The translations under genes were made by a program, and so were the position numbers. The notes under the pieces were generated by a model, which ran no database searches, was not told the origin of the DNA, and saw only the letters and a program-made list of their open reading frames with translations. Positions 8,472-18,683 of a stretch of DNA of 64,000 nucleotides are shown piece after piece (within the stretch, counting starts at the first letter, position 1; every line of letters starts with the position of its first letter). Source of the stretch: Planctomycetota bacterium (lineage in GTDB: Bacteria; Planctomycetota; JAJSAM01; JAJVHW01). The DNA is taken from assembly GCA_965248445.1 (NCBI GenBank), contig CBDFJG010000002.1, forward strand, positions 512,001 to 576,000. The letters are read 5' to 3'.

Positions 8472-10312
8472 AGGACGGATCTCCGGACGAGCAGTACGGC
8501 GGACAGCGCGAACATCGCGGAGCACCACACGAGTGGCACCGTCAATTGCTCAGTCGCGAGATCGAATGACGTGTTGCTCACGCCCTGTGAGAGATCCATG
8601 AAGTGACGTACGAACGAGCGGTCGCGCAGCCACGTCGGAACGTACTGGAGCGGCGAGAGTTGTTCGAGGTCCACACCCGAGAGCACTGCGCGGCCGACGT
8701 CCAGGAGCCCGAGAGCACCCAGTGCGGCCACGAGAGCCGATGTCGATCGCCGGAACACCGCGCCCGCGGCCAGTCCGATGGCTGCGCACGCGAAGACGGC
8801 AGGCAACGACGCGACCAGCGACAGCCGGAGCGGCGGCCACAACTCGCTCGCCTTCACGAGCTGGAACTTCTCTCCGTTCCAGAGCTCCTCGGTCACGTCC
8901 GTGAAGTCGAACAGAACCGCGGCCGCGGCGAATGCCGCGGCCACCAGTAGGAGGTGCGAGATGGCAGCGATGACTGCAAGCGCGAGCGCCTTGCCAGCCG
9001 CAGCATCGTGGCGTGAGAGTGGTCGCAGGAGGACGTTGCGGAGCGTGCCCCGGCCGCGCTCGCCGGCGATCTGCTGGCTCCCGAACGCGACGGCGACGAT
9101 CGCCAACACGGGCAGGCCCGCGCGCAGGGCCGTCGCCACGCCCTCGAACGCCGTCACGTCCGTCGTGGACGCGAGATCGCCGGCCGCGACCTCTGCCGCA
9201 AACCCGCGCGCGTTCGCGTAGCGGAACACGACCGCGGCCACACCGGCCACTGCGGGTGCGGCCAGCGCGAGCAGCGCTGCGCGGGACGCGCAGAGTCGCC
9301 GCATCTCGTAGCCGAACACGCGACGCACCGGGCCGGCGGGCGCGATGCGTTCGCGCGGGGCCACCGCTACCGGAGCCACGGCCCGCTGGGCGTCGCCGCT
9401 CTCACCGCGCGCAACGCGGAGATAGACGTCCTGGAGAGTCGTCTGGTGCGGCGAGAACGCGCGCGGTTGGGCGCCGCCGGCCACGAGCGCCTGCACGAGC
9501 GAGTCGGCTTCGTCGCCGGACACGTCGACCAGGAACTCGGAATCCTCCGCATCGAACGTGAGACCGCGGTCGGCGAGCACACGGGCCGCGGCAACGCGGT
9601 TCCCCGCCACGACGCGCACGCGTTCGGCCGAGAGGAGCGCCGCTGTCTCCTCCTCGACGAGCATGCGCCCTTCGCGCAGAATTCCTATGCGGTTGCAGAT
9701 ACCCGCCACTTCGTGCAACTGGTGGGAGGAGATGAGGAGCGTCACGTCCTCTTCGTCCACGAGTCGGCGGAACAGCCGACGCACGTCGTCGATCCCCTCC
9801 GGGTCAAGGCCGTTTGTGGGCTCGTCGAGCAAGATCACGCGCGGCCGCCCCAGCAGCGCCTGGGCGATCCCGAGCCGCTGGCGCATGCCCTGGGAGTAGG
9901 CGCCCGCCGGCTTGTTCCCGGCGTGCCCGAGGCCCACCTCGCCGATCACCCGCGCGCTCTCAGCGCGGGCCGCCCCGGCGGCGAGCCCCTGGAGCCGGGC
10001 CAGCATCTCGAGGTTTCGGGCGCCGGTGAGATGGTCGTGGAAGCCCGGCCGCTCGATGAGGCCCCCGAGCCTAGCCCGGGCCTCCCGCGGGTGCACGGCG
10101 ACGTCGAAGCCGTCCACGAGGACCGTCCCCGATCGAGGACGCAGCAGCCCCAACGCAACCCGCATGGCGGTGGTCTTCCCCGCCCCGTTGTGGCCGAGGA
10201 AGCCGTAGCAGTCCCCCGCGCGCACGTGCAGGGACACGCGATCCAAGGCCAACTGCTCGCCATAGCGGCAGGTGACGTCCTGGAGTCGCAGATCCGCGGA
10301 GTGTTGGGACAT
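8468..10312 (-). CDS. ABC transporter ATP-binding domain fused to an ABC-2-type permease
   Basis: Walker A GHNGAGKT, signature YSQGMRQRL, Walker B ILLDEP, H-loop SSH; C-terminal half has about six hydrophobic segments and a GERGRGTLR..LLRPLSR motif. Confidence 0.9.
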   Translation of the reverse strand: MSQHSADLRLQDVTCRYGEQLALDRVSLHVRAGDCYGFLGHNGAGKTTAMRVALGLLRPRSGTVLVDGFDVAVHPREARARLGGLIERPGFHDHLTGARNLEMLARLQGLAAGAARAESARVIGEVGLGHAGNKPAGAYSQGMRQRLGIAQALLGRPRVILLDEPTNGLDPEGIDDVRRLFRRLVDEEDVTLLISSHQLHEVAGICNRIGILREGRMLVEEETAALLSAERVRVVAGNRVAAARVLADRGLTFDAEDSEFLVDVSGDEADSLVQALVAGGAQPRAFSPHQTTLQDVYLRVARGESGDAQRAVAPVAVAPRERIAPAGPVRRVFGYEMRRLCASRAALLALAAPAVAGVAAVVFRYANARGFAAEVAAGDLASTTDVTAFEGVATALRAGLPVLAIVAVAFGSQQIAGERGRGTLRNVLLRPLSRHDAAAGKALALAVIAAISHLLLVAAAFAAAAVLFDFTDVTEELWNGEKFQLVKASELWPPLRLSLVASLPAVFACAAIGLAAGAVFRRSTSALVAALGALGLLDVGRAVLSGVDLEQLSPLQYVPTWLRDRSFVRHFMDLSQGVSNTSFDLATEQLTVPLVWCSAMFALSAVLLVRRSVL

Positions 10313-10384
10313 GGGGATGTGGAGCCTAGCCCGCCACCGGGCACCTCTTTACTCTGGCAAGCCCCGTGCCGAGGAGCCGGGCGC

Positions 10385-10696
10385 TCAGGGCAGCCGGACG
10401 AGTCCCAGGATCAGGCTCGGATCGAGGGGTCCGAAACCGCGACTGTCCTGGCTCTCGAGAGGGTCCTCGCCGTGGAGCACGATGCGCCCGTCGGTGGTGA
10501 CTTCGGCGACGCGCTTCACGATCTCGACTCGTGCCTTGAAGGGATGCCGCGCCAGCACCACGTCCCCCACTGCTGGTGGTCGGGACGCGAACGCAGCGAG
10601 GTCGACGGTGACGACGTCGCCGTCACGAAGAAGCGGGTGCATGGAGTGCCCGCTGACGCGGTACGTGCGCTCACTCACGGAAACGGCGTGCTGCAC
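10385..10696 (-). CDS. sodX: Nickel superoxide dismutase maturation protease (S26 family)
   Basis: VSGHSMHPLL..GD, IVKRV, GED..ESQDSRGFGP motifs; directly downstream of sodN. Start approximate. Confidence 0.88.
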   Translation of the reverse strand: MQHAVSVSERTYRVSGHSMHPLLRDGDVVTVDLAAFASRPPAVGDVVLARHPFKARVEIVKRVAEVTTDGRIVLHGEDPLESQDSRGFGPLDPSLILGLVRLP

Positions 10697-10704
10697 CAGC
10701 GTCG

Positions 10705-11154
10705 CTAGGACGCCGTGTACCAGGCGATGTCGCGGCCCTTGATGCCCCAGAAGATCTCGTGGATCTGCTGGATGGCGTCCATCAGCTCCTGGCAGTGCGT
10801 CGGGGAGACCTCGACCTTGACGGCGGAGCAGAGCTTCGCGGCCTTCCAGAAGATGTCGTGGATGTTCGGGTGCGCGTCGAGGTGCGCCGGCTTGAAGAAG
10901 TCGGTCCACAGCACGAGCAGCTCGGACTTGCATAGGTGCGCCTGCTCTTCCTTGACGCCGATGAAGCGCGAGAGCGTGTTCTGGTACGCGACCGTCGCTG
11001 CGTGATCAGAGGCCGCGGGCACCTCGAGAGCGAGCATCTTCTTCGTCATCGAGACGACCGCCTCGGCGGCGATGCGCGCCGACGCTGGGTCGTACACGCC
11101 GCACGGCGCGTCACAGTGGGCCTCGGCCACGGGCAGGTTGTTGGTCTCGCTCAT
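10705..11154 (-). CDS. sodN: Nickel-dependent superoxide dismutase precursor
   Basis: Ni-hook HCDAPCGVYDP after a 12-residue leader; LWTDFFK motif; ATG at 11154 after GAGGAG. Confidence 0.97.
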   Translation of the reverse strand: MSETNNLPVAEAHCDAPCGVYDPASARIAAEAVVSMTKKMLALEVPAASDHAATVAYQNTLSRFIGVKEEQAHLCKSELLVLWTDFFKPAHLDAHPNIHDIFWKAAKLCSAVKVEVSPTHCQELMDAIQQIHEIFWGIKGRDIAWYTAS

Positions 11155-11251
11155 CGGGGCTCCTCGCGTGTCGGCCAGTCGGCCGTTGGAACGGTGTTCG
11201 GTGTGTCCGGGCACGCCCGCCCGGGGACAGGAACGCTACGCGAACCGAAGC

Positions 11252-11836
11252 TCAGTTCCACGACGGATCGGGCGGTTCGTCGGCCAGCGCTGCGAAGTCG
11301 CCGCCGAGCTTGCGCAGGATGCGGCGCCAGAGCGAGTCCGGCCGCCGGTCGAAGACCAGATCCTCACTCGACGGCGTAACCACCCACGCGCCCTCGCGCA
11401 GCTCCTCGTCGAGCTGTTCCGGACCCCATCCGGCGTACCCGAGCACGAAGCGCACCAGCTCGCGGCCCTCGCTGCGCTGTTCGAGGGCGGCGCGGATCAC
11501 GGCGGAATCGCCGCCGAGGTGCACGTCGTCCACCACGTGCAGCGAGTCGGGCACGGAACTCCCGAGTCGGTGCAGCACCTGGACCGTGTCGGTCGAGACC
11601 GGCCCGCCCAGCCACAGGCGATCCGCACGGTCCTCCAGCAGGTCGTTCTGCGACGAGAGATCGGCCACGGTCAGCCCGGCGGCCCGGTTCACGATGACGC
11701 CGTAGCTACCCTCCGGGCCGTGGTCGCAGAGCAGGACGACCGCGTGCATGAAGTTCGGATCGAGCAGGCGTGGCGCGGCCACCAGGAAGGTGCCCCTATC
11801 CGGCCGGACAGGCCGGAAGTCCTGATCGCTCGTCAC
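11252..11836 (-). CDS. YqgE/AlgH family protein (DUF179)
   Basis: FLVAAP.LLDPNF..AVVLLCDH..EGSYGVIVNR, GGPV, GYAGWGPEQL..E, DPSWN motifs. Confidence 0.92.
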   Translation of the reverse strand: MTSDQDFRPVRPDRGTFLVAAPRLLDPNFMHAVVLLCDHGPEGSYGVIVNRAAGLTVADLSSQNDLLEDRADRLWLGGPVSTDTVQVLHRLGSSVPDSLHVVDDVHLGGDSAVIRAALEQRSEGRELVRFVLGYAGWGPEQLDEELREGAWVVTPSSEDLVFDRRPDSLWRRILRKLGGDFAALADEPPDPSWN

Positions 11837-11896
11837 GACGCCCCTCCTCTCGGACCTCCCTGCGGGTCCACGCAGCCCCCAAGATACCCTCGCGGG

Positions 11897-13222
11897 ATGG
11901 GTGAGCGAGTGACCTGCGACCTGATCGTTCGGGGGGATGTCGTCCTCCCGATGACCGACGGCGCCCCGGCACTCGCCGATCACGCCCTCGCGATCCGGGA
12001 CGGCAGCATCCTCGCGCTCGGCCCGGCCGGCGAGATCGCGCAGACCCACGCAGCTGAGGACGAGATCGCCGGCGGGATCGTCCTGCCGGGTCTGGTCAAC
12101 ACCCACGGCCACGCCGGTATGACGCTCTATCGGGGACTCGGCGACGACCTGCCGCTCGAGCGGTGGCTGCACGAGTTCGTCTGGCCCGCGGAGAAGGAGT
12201 TCACGACGCCCGAGACCGTGGCGCTCGGCACGCGGCTGGCCGTGGCTGAGATGCTGGCGTCGGGGACGACGACGTTCGCGGACATGTACTTCCACCAGGC
12301 CGCGGCCGGCGCGGTGTGCGAGGCGACCGGCATCCGTGCGCTGCTCGGGCAGGCGGTGATCGGATTTCCGACTCCGGACGCCCCCGACACCGGCACGTCG
12401 TTCCGGCGGTGCGAGGAACTGGTCGAGCGGTACGCCGGACACGAACGCATCCGCGTGTCGATGGCGCTGCACGCGGTCTACACGCTCACGCCGGAGCAGT
12501 TGACGCTCGGAGCCGAGCACGCGGAGCGCATGGGGATCCCGCTTCAGATCCACTGCAGCGAAACCCGGCACGAGGTAGCGGACTGCGAGAAAGCGCACGG
12601 CCGCACGCCGCCGGCGCTGCTGGCGGACACCGGAGTCCTGCGGCGGGGCACCATCTGCGCGCACGGCGTCCACCTGACCGAGGAGGACGTCGCGTTGTTC
12701 GAACAGAGTGGCGCCGGTGTCTCGCTCAATCCCGAGAGCAACCTGAAGCTCGGCAGCGGCATCCCCGACATAGCACGTCTCGCAGCGGCTGACATCCCTC
12801 TCGGACTCGGGACGGACGGCGCGGCCAGCAACAACGACCTCGACCTATGGGACGCAGTTCGGCTCGCAGCGCTGCTACCGAAGGGCACCGACGAGGATCC
12901 CGAGGCGATCCCCGCCGTCGAGGCGGTTCGGATGGCGACCCGCGGTGGCGCGGAACTCCTCGGATGGCAGGACCGGATCGGCACGCTCGAGCCGGGCAAG
13001 GCAGCCGACCTCTGCGTGCTGGACACCGCGGCGGCACACCTGACGCCGCTCTATCACCCCCACTCTCACCTCGCGTACTCCGTGCGCGGGAGCGACGTCG
13101 TCCACACGGTCGTCGAGGGGCAGGTGCTCTACCGGGATCGGCGCCACACCACTCTCGATCTGTCGGCGCTGCTGGCCGAGGTCGCCGCGCTGGCCCGCAA
13201 GATCGCCGCGCACCACGGCTGA
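11897..13222 (+). CDS. Amidohydrolase, MTA/SAH deaminase-like
   Basis: PGLVNTHGH, GTTTFADMY, IHCSET, AHGVH, NPESNLKL, GTDGAASNNDLD, GKAADL motifs. Confidence 0.9.
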   Translation: MGERVTCDLIVRGDVVLPMTDGAPALADHALAIRDGSILALGPAGEIAQTHAAEDEIAGGIVLPGLVNTHGHAGMTLYRGLGDDLPLERWLHEFVWPAEKEFTTPETVALGTRLAVAEMLASGTTTFADMYFHQAAAGAVCEATGIRALLGQAVIGFPTPDAPDTGTSFRRCEELVERYAGHERIRVSMALHAVYTLTPEQLTLGAEHAERMGIPLQIHCSETRHEVADCEKAHGRTPPALLADTGVLRRGTICAHGVHLTEEDVALFEQSGAGVSLNPESNLKLGSGIPDIARLAAADIPLGLGTDGAASNNDLDLWDAVRLAALLPKGTDEDPEAIPAVEAVRMATRGGAELLGWQDRIGTLEPGKAADLCVLDTAAAHLTPLYHPHSHLAYSVRGSDVVHTVVEGQVLYRDRRHTTLDLSALLAEVAALARKIAAHHG

Positions 13223-13309
13223 GCGGGCGGAACTGACGTCCCGCACCCCGGTCGCGTCTATTCTGCGCGGTCCGCGGCCCATCCGGCGCGTTGGAGAGAG
13301 GGAGACACG

Positions 13310-15880
13310 ATGTCTGAGACGCATGAGACCCGCGCTTGCCGCGGCCACCACAGGGGCGACTTCACCCTTCCGGGCGCTGAGCCCCACTATCCCCCGGACC
13401 TCGTTCTCGAGCCGGTGCACCTGGACATCGACTACCACGTCGATCTCGCGAAGCGGACCGTCGACGGTACGGTGACACACACCGTGCGGGCTCGGCGGGA
13501 CGGCGCGCGCACCATCGTGCTGCACGCGGTCGACTTCCAGGACGTACGCGTGCAGGACGGCGACGGAGCGGATGTCACCCAGCGCTACGACGGCAAGGAG
13601 ATCCGCGTCACGTGGCAGAAGCCGTTCGACGAGGGCGAGGAACGCCGCCTGGCTGTCTCGATCCGGCTGGACAACCCGCAGACGGGTCTCTTCTTCTCGA
13701 GTCCCAGCGAGACGTTCCCGGACCACGCCTGGTACGCGGCGACCGACAACGAGACCGAGCGCGCGCGCCACTGGCTGCCGACGATCGACCTCCCCGCCGT
13801 GCGGCCGACACTGACCTGGCACCTGCGCGCCGAGGAGCGCTTCACGATCCTTGCCGGCGGTTCGTTCGAGCGCGAGGAGGTTCACGGCGACGGCACCAAG
13901 ACCTCGCACTGGCGTCTGGACCAGCCGTGTCCGAGCTATCTCACCTGCTTCACGATCGGCGAGTTCGTGCGTCACGAGCAGGGTGAGTTTGGCGGCCGAC
14001 CGGTGGCGTCGTTCACGACGAATCGGTTTACCGAAGCCGACCTCGAGCGCGCCTTCGGGCGCACCGGCGAGATGCTTGCGTGGATGGAGAAGAAGCTCGG
14101 GCATTCGTTCCCCTACCCGAAGTACTACCAGTTCGCGCTGCCGGGCTTCGGGGGTGCGATGGAGAACATCTCCCTCGTCGCGTGGGACGACCAGTTCGTG
14201 CTGGACGAGCAACTCGCCCACGAGTGGACCTGGCTGGTGGACCAGATCAACGTCCACGAGATGGCGCACAGCTACTTCGGCGACATGATCACGTGCCGCG
14301 ACTTCGCGCACGCGTGGCTGAAAGAGAGCTGGGCCACGTACATGGAGACGCTCTGGCTCGAGGACTCCAAGAGCTACGACGAGATGCAGTACGACGTGTT
14401 CAGCAACATCGAGCGCTACTGCACCGAGGCCGACGAACGCTACAAGCGTCCGATCGTCACGCGCGAGTTCAACCACTCGTGGCAGATGTACGACGGCCAC
14501 CTCTACCCGGGCGGCGCGTCGCGACTGCACATGCTGCGGAAGGAACTCGGCGACGAGACGTTCTTCGACGGTGTGCGCACGTATGTGTCGCGCTTCGCGT
14601 TCAAGACTGTCGAGACGTCGGACTTCCGCCGCACCCTCGAGGAAGTCAGCGGCAGATCGCTCGTCCGCTGGTTCGACCAGTGGATCCACGGCAAGGGGTA
14701 TCCCAAGGTCAAGGCGTCGTTCAAGTTCGACGCCGAGAAGAAGGAAGCCGCATTCGAGCTCGAACAGACGCAGCCGGACAAGAAGACGGGCAAGCCGCTG
14801 TTCGATCTCTCGCTCGATCTTGCGTGGACGTGCGAGGGCGCGTCCTGCATGAAGACGGTCAAGCTCGAGAAGGCGAAGCAGACGTTCATCGTGGCCATGG
14901 ACAAGGAGCCCGAAGTCGTGCGCGTGGATCCCGAGTGCCGCGTCGTCATGCGACTCGAGTTCGACCCGGGCGAGAAGAAGCTCCTGGCGCAGCTCACGGG
15001 CGCCGCTGATCCGTACGGCCGCATCCTCGCTGCACGCACGCTGCTCGACGGCGGCAAGCAGCGGCGCGTCGACAAGGTGCTCGACGCATACCGCAACGAG
15101 TCGTTCTGGGGCGTGCGCGTACGCATGGCCGAGGCGCTGTCGAAGGCCGCCACAGACGCAGCACTCGAGGGTCTCGCCACACTGATCGGCGAGGAACAGG
15201 ACGGGATGGTGCTCGAGAGCCTGATCCGCACGGCCGGCAAGCACCGCCACGACGGTGTGCGCGACGCGATCGTGCGCCGCCTGGACGCGGGCATCGACCT
15301 CTACCGGGCTCGCTTCGGTGCGTTCAACGCGCTCGGCCGCCAAAGGGAGCGCGCTCCCTTCGACCGCTTCGTCGCACAATCGGCAGAGCCCGGCGATCCC
15401 TACGGCTACGCGCAGCGCGGCGCGCTGGAGGGCGCCGCCGCGTCACGTGACGAGCGTGCAGTCGAGGTCATCGACGCCCGCACCGCCCCAGGGTCGTGCA
15501 CCCGCGGCGTCCGGCCCACCGCCGTACGCGAGTTGGGCACCGCGGGGCGCTGGCTCGAACGCCATCGCCGTCCCGCGGTGCGCGAGCGGCTCGAAGAACT
15601 CCTACGTGACCCGGTGGACCGTGTGCGCGACGCCGCGGTATCCGGACTGGCGCGGCTCCGCGATCCGGCCGCGATCCCCGCGCTGACCTCGTACCGCGGC
15701 GGTGTCTCCGAGCAAGAGCGCCCGGACGTGGATCGCGCGATCGCCGGATTGCGCAAGTCCGCTGAGCCCACCGAGAAGGCGAAGGACAAGGCGATGGACG
15801 ACTTGCGCGCACGCCTCCGCAAGCTCGAGTCCGTGGTGGACGGACTGGCGACCCGCGTCGATCCGCCGAAGGACGCGTAA
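13310..15880 (+). CDS. M1-family zinc aminopeptidase with C-terminal HEAT repeats and coiled coil
   Basis: GAMEN and HEMAH...WLKES motifs; HEAT-like C-terminus. Confidence 0.93.
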   Translation: MSETHETRACRGHHRGDFTLPGAEPHYPPDLVLEPVHLDIDYHVDLAKRTVDGTVTHTVRARRDGARTIVLHAVDFQDVRVQDGDGADVTQRYDGKEIRVTWQKPFDEGEERRLAVSIRLDNPQTGLFFSSPSETFPDHAWYAATDNETERARHWLPTIDLPAVRPTLTWHLRAEERFTILAGGSFEREEVHGDGTKTSHWRLDQPCPSYLTCFTIGEFVRHEQGEFGGRPVASFTTNRFTEADLERAFGRTGEMLAWMEKKLGHSFPYPKYYQFALPGFGGAMENISLVAWDDQFVLDEQLAHEWTWLVDQINVHEMAHSYFGDMITCRDFAHAWLKESWATYMETLWLEDSKSYDEMQYDVFSNIERYCTEADERYKRPIVTREFNHSWQMYDGHLYPGGASRLHMLRKELGDETFFDGVRTYVSRFAFKTVETSDFRRTLEEVSGRSLVRWFDQWIHGKGYPKVKASFKFDAEKKEAAFELEQTQPDKKTGKPLFDLSLDLAWTCEGASCMKTVKLEKAKQTFIVAMDKEPEVVRVDPECRVVMRLEFDPGEKKLLAQLTGAADPYGRILAARTLLDGGKQRRVDKVLDAYRNESFWGVRVRMAEALSKAATDAALEGLATLIGEEQDGMVLESLIRTAGKHRHDGVRDAIVRRLDAGIDLYRARFGAFNALGRQRERAPFDRFVAQSAEPGDPYGYAQRGALEGAAASRDERAVEVIDARTAPGSCTRGVRPTAVRELGTAGRWLERHRRPAVRERLEELLRDPVDRVRDAAVSGLARLRDPAAIPALTSYRGGVSEQERPDVDRAIAGLRKSAEPTEKAKDKAMDDLRARLRKLESVVDGLATRVDPPKDA

Positions 15881-16007
15881 GACCGCCACGCAAAGCGCCC
15901 CCGCAACCCCCTGACGCGGAGGCGTCGAGACGCGCGTGCGAAGGACCGTCGGGCGTCGAGATTCAGGACACGCCGCCCGGGGACACAACACATCGAGTCA
16001 CCGCGCG

Positions 16008-16490
16008 TCAGTCCGGCGACCGCTCCATCTCGAGGTGCGTCGGCGTGGACCCCACCACCTCAAAGCCGAGCTGGTCGTAGAGGGCGCGCGCGCCGGCGTT
16101 GTCGATCTCGACGCTCAGGCGCACGGGGACGCCCGCCGCGACCGCATCGCTCAGCCGATCCATGAGCCAGCGCCGCCCCAGGCCGCGGTTGCGGCTCTCG
16201 GGAGAGATCACGATGTCCACGATCCGATGCTCTTCGTCTGAGCGATCGACGATGCTTGCGCCGACGTCCCGGCCGTCGTGCTGCAGGATCCGATGGTCCG
16301 CATCCGGAGACTGCTCGCGATAGGACATGCGCTGACCCGCCCATCGCCCGCGCACGAGGGTCTCCACCATCGCGGTCGGGAGACCGGACGCTGCGAGCGC
16401 GGCGCCACGCGTGGCGGCGAACAGCTCGAACAGGAAGTCCTCGTCCTCGGGTTCGGTCGGCCGTGTCTCGACGCGCTCTTCACTCACCAT
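16008..16490 (-). CDS. GNAT family N-acetyltransferase
   Basis: RNRGLG and NAGARALYDQLGF motifs; ATG at 16490 after GGAGG. Confidence 0.85.
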   Translation of the reverse strand: MVSEERVETRPTEPEDEDFLFELFAATRGAALAASGLPTAMVETLVRGRWAGQRMSYREQSPDADHRILQHDGRDVGASIVDRSDEEHRIVDIVISPESRNRGLGRRWLMDRLSDAVAAGVPVRLSVEIDNAGARALYDQLGFEVVGSTPTHLEMERSPD

Positions 16491-16808
16491 CGACCCTCCC
16501 GCCTGCAGACCGGGGAGAGTACCCGCGCGAGCGCGGCGTTGATACGCTCCGGCGGGAAGCGAGGCGAGGGAACGGACGATGGCAAGCGAACGCGGTGTGC
16601 TGGTGGCCAAGACGATCCTCTCGGACCTCGACCGTGAGGGTCACTTCAAGACTGCGGAGATGCTGCGTCTGTATCTGGTCGGCCACGACCTCCCCGGGAC
16701 GCTGAAGCACGAGGAGACCACGCCGGTAGCCTCGGCGATCCTCGCGAGGAGATGGCCAAGGTCGCTGCCGTCCCTTGATCGGACGAACCCGCGGTTCCGA
16801 GACCGTAC

Positions 16809-18563
16809 TCAGCGCGGCATGTCGGGCACTTCGGTGCCCTTCTTCTCGGCGCGCCAGCGCTGGACCAGCCACACGCAGTGGGAGCCGAAGTCCTCGTTGA
16901 ACTTGTCCCACTTGACCCTGCCGAAAGCCGTCAGAAACGCCTCGGCGTGTGGAACGCCGTCGCAGAGTTCGCGGAAGTAGCGCATCAGCTTCTTCTGGTG
17001 GCGGCGCTTCTGGCCGTCCACCAGGAAGTGCACCAGCGCCCAGCTCGCGGTGTAGTTCTCGACCGGTGAGTTCAGACGCTTGCCGGAGTAACGCGGGTCG
17101 TGCTTGGGGACCCCGCCCATGAACACCTGCGCCGTGCGCTGCATGAGTTCTTCGGTGCGCGGCAGCCGGCCGTTCTGGAGCATGCGTTCAAGGATGCCGA
17201 TGCGCCAGCTGTTCGTCTGGCCGACGTCCACGGTCTTGCCGCTCTTGCGCAGCGTGCTCGCGCCGAAGTACTCGGCCTGGCCCTCGTTGAACCAGTGCGG
17301 CGCACCGGCGACGTAGTAGTCGATGTACTGGTGGAACGCCTCGTGCCACGCAACGAGCTGCGTGTCCTCGAACTTCTTGTTCTTGAAGAAGACGAGGTGT
17401 TTGACCAGCGGGACGTAAACGCCGCCGGTCTGTTTCGCCATCAGCGGGTTGCGCAGCACCCGGGTGAACCAGCCGACGTAGCCCTTGCGGTCCTTGAACA
17501 CCAGCACCGGGAACTTGAGGCCCTTGCCGCGAGTCTTGCTCTTGCCCGTTTTCGAGAAGCTGTACTGCCGCTCGTACTCTTTGTGGATCAGCTCGAGGCG
17601 TGAGGCCAACAACTCCGCGTAATCCTGCGTGACGTCGGTGCGCACGACGTAGTGCTCGGTCTCCGCCACGAACTCGGTCTCGAAGCCGGGCCCCTTGACG
17701 ATGCCGGCGATGACCGGGCGCAGGTCGTTGCCCTCGACGAGCGTCGAGTCGGCCCACTTCTCGAAGGCCTCCTCCATCGAGGCGGGCTTCTCCTCCGCTT
17801 CCTGCACCCTCCTCGCGAGCTCGGCGCGGGTCGCGACTCTGCCCTCCTCCGGCGGCAGTTCGAGAAGCCGGTCGAGGCCGTCCAGGCAGCCCTGGAAGTC
17901 GAGCTCGATCAGGTCGAGGTACGCCTCTCTGAACAGAGCGTCCTTGCACGCCGGGTCGAGTGCGATCGCCTGCTCGACGTACTCGCGTGCGTCGCCCAGG
18001 CGGCGCAGGTGGTAGCACGCCTCCCCCGCCCCGTTGACGGCCCACGCGTGCGTCGCGTCCATCTTGGCGGCGTCGCGGAAGCGGCCGAGCGCCTGCAGGT
18101 ACTCGTGGTCCTCGATCAGGTCCTTCCCGCGGCTGACGAGTTCCTCGACCTCGGCGAGGCGGAGCGTGGCGATGGCGCGCTGGACGCCGGGGACGCCGCC
18201 CGCGATCTCCTTGTCAGCGCGCAGGGCGGCGGCGAGCAGTTCCTCGGCGGGGACGCGCAACTCGTGGTCGGCGGCGTAGCGCGCCAGGCCGAGGAATTCG
18301 ATCGCCGCGTCCTGCGGCGTGACGGAGCGGCGGGCGGCCACGAAGGACGCCGGCGTCAGGTCGTCCCAGAGGATGCGGAGTTCCCCGCCCCCGGTACGGC
18401 GCAGGCTGAAGGCCTCGCCGTCGTGAGACACCACCGTGCCCACGAACTCCCCGCCTGAGCGCATCTCGAGATGCAGCTCCCTCGGAGCCGCGGCCGCCCG
18501 GCCGCCGAGGAGAATCGACAGGCAGACCGCCAGGAGGGTGAGTGATCTGAGTGGGCGCAGCAT
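16809..18563 (-). CDS. Secreted TPR + DUF1570-like zinc metallopeptidase domain protein
   Basis: Signal peptide; TPR-like helices; HEAFHQY...PHWFNEGQAEYF; Y..SWALVHFL. Confidence 0.8.
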   Translation of the reverse strand: MLRPLRSLTLLAVCLSILLGGRAAAAPRELHLEMRSGGEFVGTVVSHDGEAFSLRRTGGGELRILWDDLTPASFVAARRSVTPQDAAIEFLGLARYAADHELRVPAEELLAAALRADKEIAGGVPGVQRAIATLRLAEVEELVSRGKDLIEDHEYLQALGRFRDAAKMDATHAWAVNGAGEACYHLRRLGDAREYVEQAIALDPACKDALFREAYLDLIELDFQGCLDGLDRLLELPPEEGRVATRAELARRVQEAEEKPASMEEAFEKWADSTLVEGNDLRPVIAGIVKGPGFETEFVAETEHYVVRTDVTQDYAELLASRLELIHKEYERQYSFSKTGKSKTRGKGLKFPVLVFKDRKGYVGWFTRVLRNPLMAKQTGGVYVPLVKHLVFFKNKKFEDTQLVAWHEAFHQYIDYYVAGAPHWFNEGQAEYFGASTLRKSGKTVDVGQTNSWRIGILERMLQNGRLPRTEELMQRTAQVFMGGVPKHDPRYSGKRLNSPVENYTASWALVHFLVDGQKRRHQKKLMRYFRELCDGVPHAEAFLTAFGRVKWDKFNEDFGSHCVWLVQRWRAEKKGTEVPDMPR

Positions 18564-18683
18564 CCCCCTGCATGGTAGCGGGCCGCGCTTTCCTCCTCGC
18601 TTCAAGCGGGACGCCGAGACAATGTGGGGCCGCGCTCCTTCCGAGGCAGATCGAGAGCGTCGGGAGCGTCACGAGAGGAAGAC

